Part shown: piece after piece, positions 12,092 to 29,475 of the stretch
How positions within the stretch are numbered: position 1 is the first letter of the stretch
Layout: each line of letters begins with the position of its first letter
Assembly: GCA_040357565.1 (NCBI GenBank)
Contig: JBDODJ010000031.1
DNA from: Cercozoa sp. M6MM
Taxonomy: Eukaryota; Protista; Endomyxa: Ascetosporea
Reading direction: 5' to 3' (one strand)
Length of the DNA stretch: 64,000 nucleotides
Made by a program: the position numbers and the translations under genes
The notes under the pieces: model-generated
Told to the model about the DNA's origin: nothing
What the model saw: the letters and a program-made list of their open reading frames with translations, nothing else
The model's database searches: none

Positions 12092-12657
12092 ATGATTCGT
12101 GTGTGTCTTGTGCTGTCGATTTTGGGCCTCGCTACGGAGGCTTCAGCGTCCTCCGCCGGCGGCATTTCGAGTCAGTTCGCCTGCGTTTTCAAAAAAGCTG
12201 TGCCAGCCCATCGTTTCAACGCTGGTTTGGACAGGCTATATCGTTACCGTAAAGAAGGGTTCGCCTCAATTCGCAGCCCTCGACGTATCGGACCGCGCTG
12301 CGCTAAAGTTGAAGTTTGCCGAACTGTTCGGCGTTTCAAGCGAATCCATTGACGACGTTTTTGCAATGTACGTGAAATTTATTCCGAGTGAAGCCGGAGG
12401 CAAAAAAAAAACTATATACCTGATACTTCTCACCGATATCGTTGTAGCGGTCGTGACTTTAAGGCGTTTTCTGCTCATGTGAGATGTCGCTTCAACATGA
12501 CTTAAAGTCACCACTCAGCACTTTTCAATCCTTTTTTTTTAATTGCGCGCTTGCGCAGCTCTCGGAAGAACAGGCGACGACAGTTGCAGAAGCGAGTGCT
12601 AGCTTCGCTACTGTAGAAAAGGATGAGGAAGTGCGTATTTCGGGCAACGCAGACTAA
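12092..12657 (+). CDS. Stand-alone secreted peptidase inhibitor I9 (subtilisin propeptide-like), 4 exons
   Basis: Spliced: MIRVCLVLSILGLATEASA...SYIVTVKKG...IGRDFKAFSAHLSEEQA...TVEKDEEVRISGNAD*. YIV / FxxFSAxL / VExDxxV is the I9 signature. Confidence 0.75.
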
Positions 12658-12881
12658 ATATTAAAAAAACTATTTAGTTCACAGTCCGCGCGGACGGAAG
12701 ATATACAACATTTGAAAGGCAGGAAATTTAGCGATAGTCATTCGTACCACAACCTACGCGAGGCCCTGTCTTGAAAAGTAAGGAAGAGACGTGTTACCTG
12801 CTCAAATACAGCAGATACACTAATTTATTCCGGCTTTTCCTGCTTTGATTGTCGTCTGGTTTTGACCGAACTGAATAACTG

Positions 12882-18230
<5,349 letters not shown>

Positions 18231-18279
18231 ACATCAGTAAATTTACAAGATGACACCGGGCAAGCGAGCATATGCTTGT

Positions 18280-18962
18280 TTAGGAGGGCTCAGTGGTAGC
18301 GATCGCTGTCTTGCGCGTGACGAGATACACTAATAGCACGAGCAGTGCCACTGCTAGCAAAAAAACAAAGAAGGCGATGCAGCGGCCTTTGACGTCTTCG
18401 TTTGTTGATTGCACACAATATTGAACAATAGATTGAGTTGAATGTGTATACAAAGCTCTTCCAAGTTAAGAACTCAAGAGTACACGCGAGACACGAACGC
18501 CGCCGAACGCGCCGCGCGCCTAAGCGAAAGTCCATTGTCAAATCTGTCATTTGGTCAGTCTGTTGGTGCAATCTGTTGAGCGACTGCTCGCGTTCTTGCA
18601 CTACCAGTGAGAGATATGGATGTACTTTCGATTACTAGCTAAACCCAAGAACACACGCACCCAACTGTATTGTGTCCAGCACGGAGTGTCTGGTTGCGGA
18701 TAGCTGACGGCTCAGCGATAGGAGCGACTCTTCGCGTAGGTCGCGTCTGTTTTCATTCCCCGCCTCCGAACGTTCGTCATCGTCTGCCGTAACCGCTTTG
18801 TTGCTGTCGGCTGCGTTTTCTTCTGTTTCACTATCGGTGTGCTATTGCAGACAAAACGTACGGGGGGGGGGGGGGGGGCACGCAGTGAACATTTTTTGTT
18901 ACCGATTTGCAAATACGAGAAAACCACTTCTGCGAGTACTTCCGTAGAGATTGCGTCGTCAT
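18280..18962 (-). CDS. Synaptobrevin/VAMP-type R-SNARE with C-terminal TM helix
   Basis: Spliced: ...LSATRHSVLDTIQLVVQEREQSLNRLHQQTDQMTDLTMDFRLGARRVRRRSC...CIAFFVFLLAVALLVLLVYLV. Start is tentative. Confidence 0.75.
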
Positions 18963-19286
18963 TCTTTGACGTGCATACTCACATCGTCGACGTCGGGCGG
19001 CACGAAGCTCTTCAGCATGTTGATTACCAAAGGTTGACAACGGAAACTTCGGTCTTTAAAACGACACAGAAACAGTCTGTTTGCAAAGCACGCGCTCTAC
19101 CAACTGTGCTTTTGCCGGGAGAGCTGGATTCACAGAGTGGGTGTTGGCTCCCTAGGCAACAAACGAGCGGAGGAAAATACAAGGGATGATGCCGAAGTGA
19201 GAAAAATATAAACAGAATGCCGTACTGTACAGTAAACTTAGACTCGCAAATCCGTTGGCTGCATTGTAATTTAATCTTATTCTGTG

Positions 19287-21779
19287 ATGCGCACATTAGT
19301 CCGACTTTGTCGGCCACGTTTCTTTGGCTCGGCAACGTCGCTGCATTCACGTACATTTGAGAGCACAGGTAGCACATTTTAACTGCGTTCAAGCCATAGA
19401 AGAATTGGGTTTTCAGTTAACTCAAACGACACGATTTTTGCTCTTGCAACGGGTTCGGGACAGGCTGGCGTAACGACTGTTTTTTTTTAACTGGTGTTGG
19501 TATCTGTTGTTGGTTGTGTGCAGCTCGCTGTCGTTAGAGTGAGTGGACCCCGGGCCTTGTACTCTTCTTATATTACCTGTCGTTTGCAGTTTTACTTCTG
19601 TGCACGTTGTTAGCGATGTGTTCACCAACATGGCGCGCACGCATTCGAAAGGACGTCGGTTTCGTCGAATCCCGCCTGCACGACAAGCCACTTTAGTGCA
19701 AATTCACGCGATAGATTCCGTAGGGCGGAAAAAAGAAGAAGAAGTGCTCGACCGCGATGTTCTTGCGTTGCTATTCGAGTCACCGGCGTCGTTTACGGTA
19801 CCACTGAGTTAGTATCTCTGCTGGATGTTTGTCTTTGCGGCTTTATATCTGCACGGACATTCTTTTTTTTTTTTGTTGTCTCTGTACAGGGTGAAGACAC
19901 GGTCGAACTGCATGTACATGGCTCGGTCGCTGTGGTTGATGCTGTGTTGCGGCACATGGCATCTCTGCGTATGTTGACTACTTGTGTCTGTTGATATACT
20001 ATCGATATCACCTTGCTTTCCACAGCCGAGGTTAGACAAGCAGAGGCAGGCGAATTCACGAAAAGGTACGGCGCCTTCCCTTCTGAATTTTGTGTTGTTG
20101 AGTCGTATCACTGTGCAGAGCCGTATTAAACGGCAAAATGTCACCACTCCAGGTGCAGCTATAAGTTTGTCGCGTTGAGCGCTGTCCAATGATTCCACTC
20201 TGTTGTGTCTCACTTAACAGGCCGAAGCACTGGGTGACTTGCTGAGTGCGACAACACAGGAACAGCGGCGACACGCGCTGAGACAGGTACTCAGTGCTTT
20301 CAATAGTTACTGAAAGCTGAGAAGTGCGCCTTCAGATGGACGGTCGACTGGCGGAGCACGTGTCCAGCTGGAGGAACACATTGCTGTCTGTCGTTGCTGA
20401 TGTAAAATCGATTGGTGTGCCATGCCTGTAGCTTGACTCGCCCGTTTGTCATAGATCGACACCTATCTCGACTTCGCCGACGAATTCCTACAGGTGCACT
20501 GACCAATTTTATTTTTTCCCGTATACTACATATAGGCTTATTTCTCTGACTGCTTTGGGACTACTTTGTGACTGCTTTGTGACTGCTTTGTGACTGCCTT
20601 GTGACTGCTTTGTGACTGCTTTGTTAGGACGAAGAAAGTGTGTTGGAGCAACGAAACGTCGCTCCTGTTGTAGTTTCAGTACGCAGACAGATCGGGTACA
20701 TCCTATGTTTGTCGTTCGTTCTTTGTTTTGCTGCTTTCACATGCACACTGCCAGAACGGTACTCGACTCGGCGTCGCAAGGAGCAATTGTGGATCGTGGC
20801 GCGCGTGTTGCACTCGTTTGTTTAGCATGATTTACCGCAAGTACAAACAATGTATGGTGTCTGTTTAGGTCGGTGCTTGCAATGCCGGAAAGTCGTCCCT
20901 GCTCAACAAAATATGTCAAAGCGACGTTGCCATCGTTCACAATGAGGTATTGGCGGTCACTGTATGTCCTGTATTCCCTGTAGATGAAAATGTTGATTTA
21001 TGAACGAAAAAGGCCGGCACCACGCGCGATACAGTTCACGGAAGCGTCGATTTAAGTGGTACTTGAGGGACGTTCTCGACGGAGCTATCCTGGTCCAAAA
21101 ATTGACTTGCCCCGCAGGTTTAAAAGTGACGATGCAAGACACTGCTGGCTTGCGCGAGCTGCCTGAAGACCACCGTACTATGCACACTATCTATCAACCC
21201 TTTTTTAATGAGGCATGTACCTCACCATGTGCTTGTGTTTTCATTAGATGTAGAAAGGGAGGGAATGAAGCGATCGCGTTCGCAGTGGAATGACGTTGCT
21301 TCTCATTCTGGTTATGTGCTGTTGTACTTTATTAAAATTCTTAAACTACAGGCACACGTCCGTCTGGCAGTTTTTGATATGCAGCACGTCTCCGCCGGTG
21401 TCACCTGCTCGGAAACGGTGTCACTTGTGGCTCGTGCACTGACCGGCAGTGCCCGAAACAAGGATGGTTCAGTGAAACCGGTGATTTGCGTGCTGAACAA
21501 GAGCGATCTGGTGGAACCGTCGCAGTGGTCGCACTGCGAGCGATCACTCCGTGACTCACTGGCGGCTGCGGTTGCTGATGATGACACGTGTGATATCGCA
21601 CGAGCACGTGCACTTGTCGATAGTGTTGTCGTTGTTTTCTCTTCGTGTCACAGCGCGAGCAGTCTCGATGATGCCGGTGTTGGTGCTGTTGAACGCGCCG
21701 TCAGCGCCAGTTTGAGACAGTTTGTGCCGGTACTGTGCGTGTGTGTGTGTGCGTGTGTGTGTGTGCGTGTGTGTGTGTG

Positions 21780-21826
<47 letters not shown>

Positions 21827-22223
21827 GTAAAGGTACGATGAGTGTACTTAGGAGAGCGGAACCAATGTGGTTTTGACAAGAAGAAGACATGCGGATGTGA
21901 GTTCATTTGAGACGTTTGTTTGTTTACTGCTGGCTTGTGCGGTCGCAGAATGCTGCATGTCATGTGCACTCGTTTTATCTTGTGCAGCTGTTGAATGACG
22001 CTTACGACGATTTGTCCAACAGCATCGACTGCCTTAAAAGTACGAAATTTTTCTTTGCACGACATCTCTGTCTGTATCCTCAGCAGGAGAGGACGGAGCG
22101 GCACTCGCGAGTGAGCACGCACGTCGCGCCCTTGTCGCCTTAGACGCGCTGGCATGTGAAGGCCGTGTGGGCCACGAGGATATCCTCAACAAGATCTTCG
22201 CAGACTTTTGCATCGGAAAGTGA
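19287..22223 (+). CDS. GTPBP3: Mitochondrial tRNA modification GTPase MnmE/MSS1/GTPBP3, multi-exon
   Basis: Arg-rich presequence, then DTIFALATG, VVRVSG, GEDTVELHVHG, GEFTKRAVLNGK, GACNAGKSSLLN, DTAGLR, NKSD and terminal IFADFCIGK*. Confidence 0.95.
20547..20623 (+). repeat. 11-bp tandem repeat (TGACTGCTTTG)x7 in a GTPBP3 intron
   Basis: Directly visible; ends just before the 3' AG. Confidence 0.9.
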
Positions 22224-22381
22224 AACTAGAGCCGAGTCAACGCGACGTCAAACGAACGATACTGTAAATAATATCGATGCTCACAGCAAATAAAATGCGT
22301 CCAGCACGAATCACTTGATGGCCAAGCAGTTTCTGCTGCGTATCTAGCATTGTGCCGAGTGCAACAAACGGCTATCCGCCA

Positions 22382-23137
22382 ATGCTGCGCCCAAAGGTAG
22401 AGATTTATTCCTTTGGCGAGGAGTGTCAGTCGAGATTTTGATTTTGCCTTGTCTAAACAGCTCGATCGAAAAGATCCCAATCAAATCCTCTTCCAACATG
22501 CAGGTACCCAGTGTTCAAAACGTGCTGGTGTTGATGGACACGTGTGTAACGTTTAGTTGCGGCTAGTTTTGCCGATTACGTTGACAAGCGCGTTTTGTGC
22601 TCGTTGCGCGACGGCAGGCATTTTGCCGGTACCTTTCGGCTGACACTCTCGCCAAAACTTTCATGCCTTTCGGTTTGCAGGCGTCTTCCGGAGCTTTGAC
22701 CAATTCGGCAGTGTTGTTCTGAGTGAGTGTTGTACCGTTCTGCCTTGACACAGGAAACCTTCGCGGGGACTTTTTGTCTGGACTGTTTATCGGCTTTTTT
22801 CCAACAGGTGAGAGAATATTTGATGGCACTACCTTGCGTGAAGAGGAACAAGGAATTCTCGTGCTGCGTGGCGAGAACCTCGCCACCGTCGGCGGTACTT
22901 GTGCTGATTCTTCGTGCTACCTCTATCATATTGTTGACTCTGTCTGTCGCAGTCCTCGACGAAGTAAAAGACGCTGAACTGATGGCGCAATTTAGATCTG
23001 AGGTACTTTTTTGTATTGTTGTGCATCTATGTCTATTGACTGTTGAACCATGTGTTCAAACACAGACAGAGCCGAAGGCTGCATCAAAGCACGAACGACG
23101 GAAGTCGCTTGAGATTCCTTTTGAGGATGTATTTTAA
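22382..23137 (+). CDS. LSM1: Sm-like protein LSm1
   Basis: Spliced: AASFADYVDKRVLCSLRDGRHFAGVFRSFDQFGSVVLSECCERIF...GILVLRGENLATVG. Confidence 0.88.
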
Positions 23138-23334
23138 CACCTTTCCGCCACCCGCGCGGCGACACACGACATTGCATCACATGGATTCTCATGTGGGTAC
23201 CTGGCCACAAACGTGAATGAATGAAATGCCGCTAGCAAGTCAAGAGTATTCAGTCCGCTTGAATTGATTCTTCCCGAGGAGACGATCGACCGGACGGAAC
23301 TGATTTCGTTTGCGTCGCGTTGCGTTGCCGCCGC

Positions 23335-23633
23335 GTGTCCGTGTCATGCGGCCACGAGAACCTAGGTAGCGTAATTACGCCGAAATTACGCAGCGTATTT
23401 TTAGCTTCATTTGGCAATTTTAGCCGCTTTAGTTGTGCTCAGCATAATTTTACATAGTAGAAAACACTACACTGGGCATTATAGTGGCGCTAAGCCACTG
23501 TAGGCCAAAAACAGGACAATCGGCTGCAGAATTAGTTTTTTGTCTGGGAATTTGAGAATTAAATAAAATTTGGATATTTGTCTTTTTATTGCCGGAGGGC
23601 GGTCAAGGAGCTCCGAATACTGCAGTTGCTGTT
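23335..23633. mobile_element. Left end of a putative non-autonomous DNA transposon (TIR-like end plus subterminal block)
   Basis: 23335-23392 matches the reverse complement of 63570-63622. 23536-23633 matches 62843-62936 in direct orientation. Confidence 0.6.
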
Positions 23634-23857
23634 AGACGACCTTGAAGAAACGTTGTCAAGCACGATCTTCGAAAACCGTCACGGCGCCCGGAGCGCCGGG
23701 ACAAAATGAAACCCCCTTATTCGTAATACTGTAGTATTACAGTACGAATACTAATCGGGCCGCGTGATAAACACCTGAAGGATACTTCGTCGATCAAGAC
23801 TTCAACCCTCCGTGACATCTGCCGCGACATTGACACTTACAGATGGGCAACCACTCG

Positions 23858-24355
23858 ACGATGCGCGAGACACCTCGCCTCACGGGAAGCCGCATCGTCC
23901 ACGCGGTGACCAGGCTATTGCTTCTGACCTTCTTTGTGTGGGAGAGCTGGAAATGTTGGTCTCACTTGCGAGACCAACACTCCCTCAGCATTGAAACCTG
24001 CGAGGCCAAGCTCGAGCAAGTTCAAGAGAATGTCCAACTCAGTCGAGAGCTGGGCATCGACGCCGAAGACATGGCCATCCCCAGCTGCCGGGAAATCTGG
24101 GGTACTTTCCCAGATTTCCAAGGATGGCTCATGGCCAACCCCCTACGGATCCTGATCCCAGGCAGCAAATCCTTGTACGCCAACATGCTGGTGTCGCATT
24201 TGGTTTCAGTAAATTTAATACGAGGTCCGGGCGACTCGGTGAGTCAACTAAATTTACATAGTTGGTTTCTTAAACTGAACAAACGCACTGCCAGTGAGTC
24301 AGGTTACGTCAACTTGAGTCAGTTTTCGATTTTGCCACACATGTCGCATCTGTGA
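23858..24355 (+). CDS. Hypothetical protein with N-terminal hydrophobic segment; 3' end uncertain
   Basis: Coding-like ORF MRETPRL...LLLLTFFVWESW...CEAKLEQVQENVQL; no family recognised. Confidence 0.45.
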   Translation, partial: TMRETPRLTGSRIVHAVTRLLLLTFFVWESWKCWSHLRDQHSLSIETCEAKLEQVQENVQLSRELGIDAEDMAIPSCREIWGTFPDFQGWLMANPLRILIPGSKSLYANMLVSHLVSVNLIRGPGDSVSQLNLHSWFLKLNKRTASESGYVNLSQFSILPHMSHL

Positions 24356-26862
24356 CTAAGCGAGAGTATCGAACCACTTCTGGGCACGGGCAAAACGATT
24401 TTGCACTCGCTTGTTGAAGCGTTGCTGCTGCGTATACTGCTTTAGCATAGCGACGCCTCGCTTTTTCAGCAGAGTGTCGCTAACTCGCAACGCGTGCATC
24501 AATAGATGCGTATCACGTCGTTTTCGCTTATCTGAGCGACGCCCAACCCACCGCTGCCACTTTGCCACAAACTCGCTGCCTGCCTTATTTTCTCGTCTCC
24601 GCGTAAACGTGCTGTGAGCTTCTACTTGCTGTTTTGCCGCTGAAACAAAGGCTGTGCACCACACGTCGCATAGTACAGCCTGCTCGGTCGTCGCAACAAA
24701 CTTTTGTAATATCTGGATCCTTCTTTCACAACGTTTTCGCCACAATCGCTCTGAAAAACAGCATTGTGCAGTGCAGTTCCAAAAATTTTGCGTAGAGAAA
24801 TGCAGTGGGTTACCCATTTGATGTCGCCAAAAACGAGAGGCATGCCGTAGTTTCGTTTTGTCCAGTTTCGCGCTTGCACTTTTAAAATGGTGGCGACACC
24901 TTTCTGAGTGCTGATGCCATGCCCTCAGTCCGCGCATCGCCTGTTGGCGTAAACAGTGCATGCTTGCCACTTGTTGGAGAATCTGCATGCGCTGTCTCAG
25001 TATCTCTCGTTTCGACGGTGTCGTTGTGACATCTTTTTTTGACGTCCCAGGTCCTTTTGCAGGTTTTACTTGATTCGTACCCAGTGGTTGACCTTTGACT
25101 CTCGGCGGCGTCGACACAAGTTGCGTCCATTTGTATGCTTCGGCTGCTTGCTTCTTTTCCAAAAGCGTGCGGCGACGTTCACACTGTGAACGAACCCGTT
25201 TTTTTTTCGGTCGTTTTATACGTTCACACCGCACAAACGTTGGCGCGCGAGCATGCGCCCGACGCCGTTCCTTTTCAGAATCGCGGTCCATTTTGATCTC
25301 ATCACAACCCTGTGAATTGCTATCTTTCGCATCGTTCTGGAGTTCGCTTTTCGCGGCATCATTGTTGGTGTCAGTGTCCTCCGGTTCGGAAGGCGAACCC
25401 CGTTTTTGAGGTGTAATCACGGTTCTCTGCAAGGCCTGGCTGATTTTTCGAAGCAACTCCTTCGCATGTTTTCTTCTGCAAACCGAGATTTATCGGCGTA
25501 AAATTATTTACCGCGACTTGCACTGAGTGTATGTGATGTGAGTAGTGGGTACCGTTTTTCTTGTGCCTCCACTATACGGCGATAGGCGATTCTATCTCTC
25601 GATAACAATTTCCACGCACCCATAACTCTGGCAAGGTGCGCCTTTTCGAAACGTCGTTGGACTGACAGGGCGAAGTGTGAGCGATGGAGCGTGAAAAACG
25701 TGCGATGGAGAAGACGGAAAGAACAAAAATCGTCTGCCAACTGCTTCTGTTGCGTTATGTGACTCATCCGACGAGATAATAAATGGCACCAGTTGCACAA
25801 GATTCTGTGAAGAATTCGTTTCTTTCTTTCACGCTGCAGCTGAAGCACTGCTGTTTGTTGATGCAGTGCTTGCCTTTGTTTCTTGAGTTGCCCCTTTCGT
25901 GACGCGACCGCGGCGGCACAAAAGGCAACAACAGTGAACATTGATCTGTTCACACTTAAGTCTTCTTCAATTTGAAGAGTTCTCGCTACGTCACCGCTGT
26001 CTTTGTTTCGTTTTTCCTCTTCGTATTCACACGGAATGGAATTCAGAAACCCGGCAGAACCATTGTATCACATACCGGGCACAGTCTTGGCCGCCGTTTT
26101 TGTCTGCGCAGGATCCGTATTGTTATCCGTACTGGACTGGCACGTCTCAAAATGGTGAGTCTCAATCGATTCGCTTTCAGTCTCGAAGGGATCAGCAGCA
26201 CCATCATGGCATTTGACGCCAGCTTGCTGTGAGGCGAGTGCAGTTTCTTCTTCATGAAGCACAGGTTGCTCCACTGTTTGTAAATTGACAGCTGTCGACT
26301 GAGAATTGCTTTCCCCATCTGGTTTCTTCGTCCTTTGCTCATCAAAAATGCGTTCCATTGCGTCACGTCGAGAATGACCAATGCGATTTTGGATCAACGC
26401 GAAGCGTCGCTGCCATTGAAAACGCTCGCTTTGCTCCTTGCTGAAAAGATGAAACTTGTCGCTTTCGCCCTGTTGGCTGCTCAATTTTGGCTCTACAAAT
26501 ACCCGTTCCTTATGAGCGACAGTCTGTAGCAATCTATGGTCTGCTTCAAATCGCCGCTTGCGAAGATCACGCTGTCGCTGTAGGAGAAAAGACAACTTTT
26601 CCCCACTCTTCGACGTTGTTGGTGTTCTCGGGCGCCATGGTTGTGGAGTCTTAGAGAACCGCCGGGTCATCTCGTCTGAAGCTTCGTTGATCCTTGCCCA
26701 GGAACTGAAAAAATGGATGAATGTTACGGTGCGGGTAAGAAAAGAAACGCACCAAAGCGACGCCTGTGCAGAGTTCACGGCATCATCTACATGGAAGTCG
26801 GCTGCTAGCGGCCGTGGACCGGCAAACAGGAGTTCCCAACGCGTCGAAGCACAGTGAGACAT
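24356..26862 (-). CDS. Basic coiled-coil protein with Sfi1/CCDC191-like W-repeats (probably centriolar)
   Basis: Long exons (264, 149, 366 aa frames) with recurring L/F-x-x-W motifs: RILCNW, RVMGAW, GLRAW, FVAKW. Confidence 0.5.
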
Positions 26863-27154
26863 CTCCGTCCTGATGTTAACTCACGTACGCCCAACTTTCA
26901 TAGTTTACCGGTACTTTGGAGAAACGCGACCTGGAAGGGAAATACAGGGTGCATGTATAATATATTTACAGGTACAGTTTAAAATGTTCAAGTATGTTTC
27001 CTCATACTCCTCATACAATGTGCAGTACAGAGAAACTCCCTTACTGTATATTTGTCGGTTTTTAATTCCTATAATACGTCGGAAGAGTGACAAGTTGAGC
27101 CGGTATTTTAAAAACTTGAGCAGAAGTACTTTTCTCTAGTACGCTGCTACACAC

Positions 27155-29420
27155 ATGCTCAAACAAGTAAAGTCTAGGCACCTTGAGTGGCTGTTTTTCT
27201 ACATGCGATGCGTTTTTAAACTTGAACAATTACATGATGATGTACAGTGTACAGCAGGGATTTTTCCCTGTACTGGACTAGTAAAACAGGGTGGTCGTTT
27301 GGGTTTTCTGAGAGCTGTCTGTGCTGCGACTCTCGTTCTGGTTATTTTTTCTGTGCTGCGCACGCGTTTAGATACCGTGTGTGTTTACTGGAGCCTAGTC
27401 CAGGCTTACATATGGGTTGGTTTAATCGCCGGCGTGAGCCTGCCTCACCTCCGGGGATTGACTACAATCAGTGCCTGGAGCTTTTGGACTGTACAACTCT
27501 GACATTAGTATTGTCTCTTGGTTTGTTTGCGCATCAACAATTCTGCGTGCGTGCACAGTGGCACGAAAGCTCGAACTAATGCGCACAGAGCGGCGCTGGC
27601 GGCGGTGTGTTGGTTACCACATCGACGAGAATGATTACAAGCACAAGCGTACACTTTTACCCTCCCTCCTGGTTCGTCCGTTTCCATTGTATGCAAGACT
27701 TGTCGTAGGCATGAGATACGAGCACTTACTTCGTCTGCGTGTGGGTATTTTACTTGCCATGCTGTCCTACTATCTTTAATACCTTTGCCTCCCTGCCCAC
27801 CTTTGCTGCCTTTGCTGCCTTTGCCCTTTTATTCTATCCTTTATCCCAGAGAGCACGACACGTGCCATGCCGAACGAGACATACTACGATCACCTCCTGT
27901 ACGGCGAGAAGATGGTACGTACAGATCTACACTGAAGTAAAAGTAGGTGTTCCGATATCATACAATGCAGGATGTTGATGTACCCTCGGAAGTTGTTCTA
28001 CGATCGATGAATTTATGGTAGTGAAGTGGTGTGGTCAGCGAATGTAGAGATACTGTACATGAGAGTATGCTTAGCCACTGCGACATTTGTCGTAAGGACA
28101 TGCGGCCCGGTGAAGTGCGCTACCACTCCTTGTGCTCCGACGTACGATCCCACAAGTTGCAGTTTTCAGTCTTGGTGAAGAATAGTCTGTGCTATGTGCA
28201 GAATTTTGACGTTTGTCCGGAGTGTTTCGAAAAGTATGCGTCCACTTTCGAAGACTTCGCTGGTATTTCAATTTCGTGCTATCCATGGCTTCTTACGAGT
28301 GCGCCTCAATAGACGAAGCCGTGGGCGACGCAGGACGAGCGCACATGCGTCGACTTGAAGGCATCAGACACCGTGAGACCGACAAGATCGCTCTGCTACC
28401 GCATACCTTTCGCGGGGAGGTATGCCATTTTCCTTGAACAATTGAGTTTGAAACTAAGTCCGCGCGCTATCAGTACTTTAGCACCTTCGATGCCTGCATG
28501 GCGGTATGTCGCAGCAAATTCGTGCGCGATGCTCTTAAGCGGTACTATCTGTTTGCTGTAAGTATGATTGGGATGAATGAGATTGCTTTGTGTAGTGCCT
28601 TCGTGTTGTACAAAAACCGACCGTTTGTGGGTTGGCCGAGCCCGCCATCTGTGACCACGATTGATACTTCCCGTGACGACCTGCGAGTGTGCACCTGGAT
28701 ATCGTACAGTCAGTGTGCACCGTTGCTGCAGTCGCTGGCGCAGAATCTGCGACAGATTATCGGAATGCCTCGCAAGTCTATGTATAGTTTCTATGTATTT
28801 GCAGATACAGGTCTACCGTAGTACTCCCTTGCGTTTTGCGAAGTTGTGTGATATGCCTGCCCCTGTCGGTGGAAGCAGTGCTGTTCGACATGGCCTGTGC
28901 ATTGTCACGCATCATTTCCACCCAAGGTATTCAAATAAAAATACATTCTTACTGTACATCCTGCCTTTTATTTGCATGTTGTACTTTCAGTGAACGCTGC
29001 TGGCGGCACGGACCTATTCCGTCATGCACTCGCGGCGGCGCACTCGGAGCTGTTCGAGTCGGGTGGTAGATTTACCACCAAGGCAAATGCCGCTGTAGTG
29101 TATACCTAGTGTACTTGTGCTACCTTTTATGTGCAGAGACACAACTCCGACTGGTCGTATGTCTTCGCTCACAGGAAAGCGAAATGCGCAGCGCCATGGA
29201 ACTCGTGGCTTTGTTTTTCTCTGGCTTACATGCTTTTAGCACTCCCTACCCACAGGCTGGTATCAGCGAAGACACGAATGTTACCTTGCTGTGCATCGAC
29301 GATGACGCCATGGCGCACCGATGCGGCAGCGTGCAGCACTACCTCGACTGTGTGCAACAATGTGATGGTATTTGCGTGTGTGTATGTGTGTGTATCTGTG
29401 TGTGTATCTGTGTATCTGTT

Positions 29421-29475
<55 letters not shown>

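Noticed and set aside
20300-20506. Minus-strand upstream exons extending the SNARE gene
   Set aside because: The region is occupied by plus-strand GTPBP3 exons.
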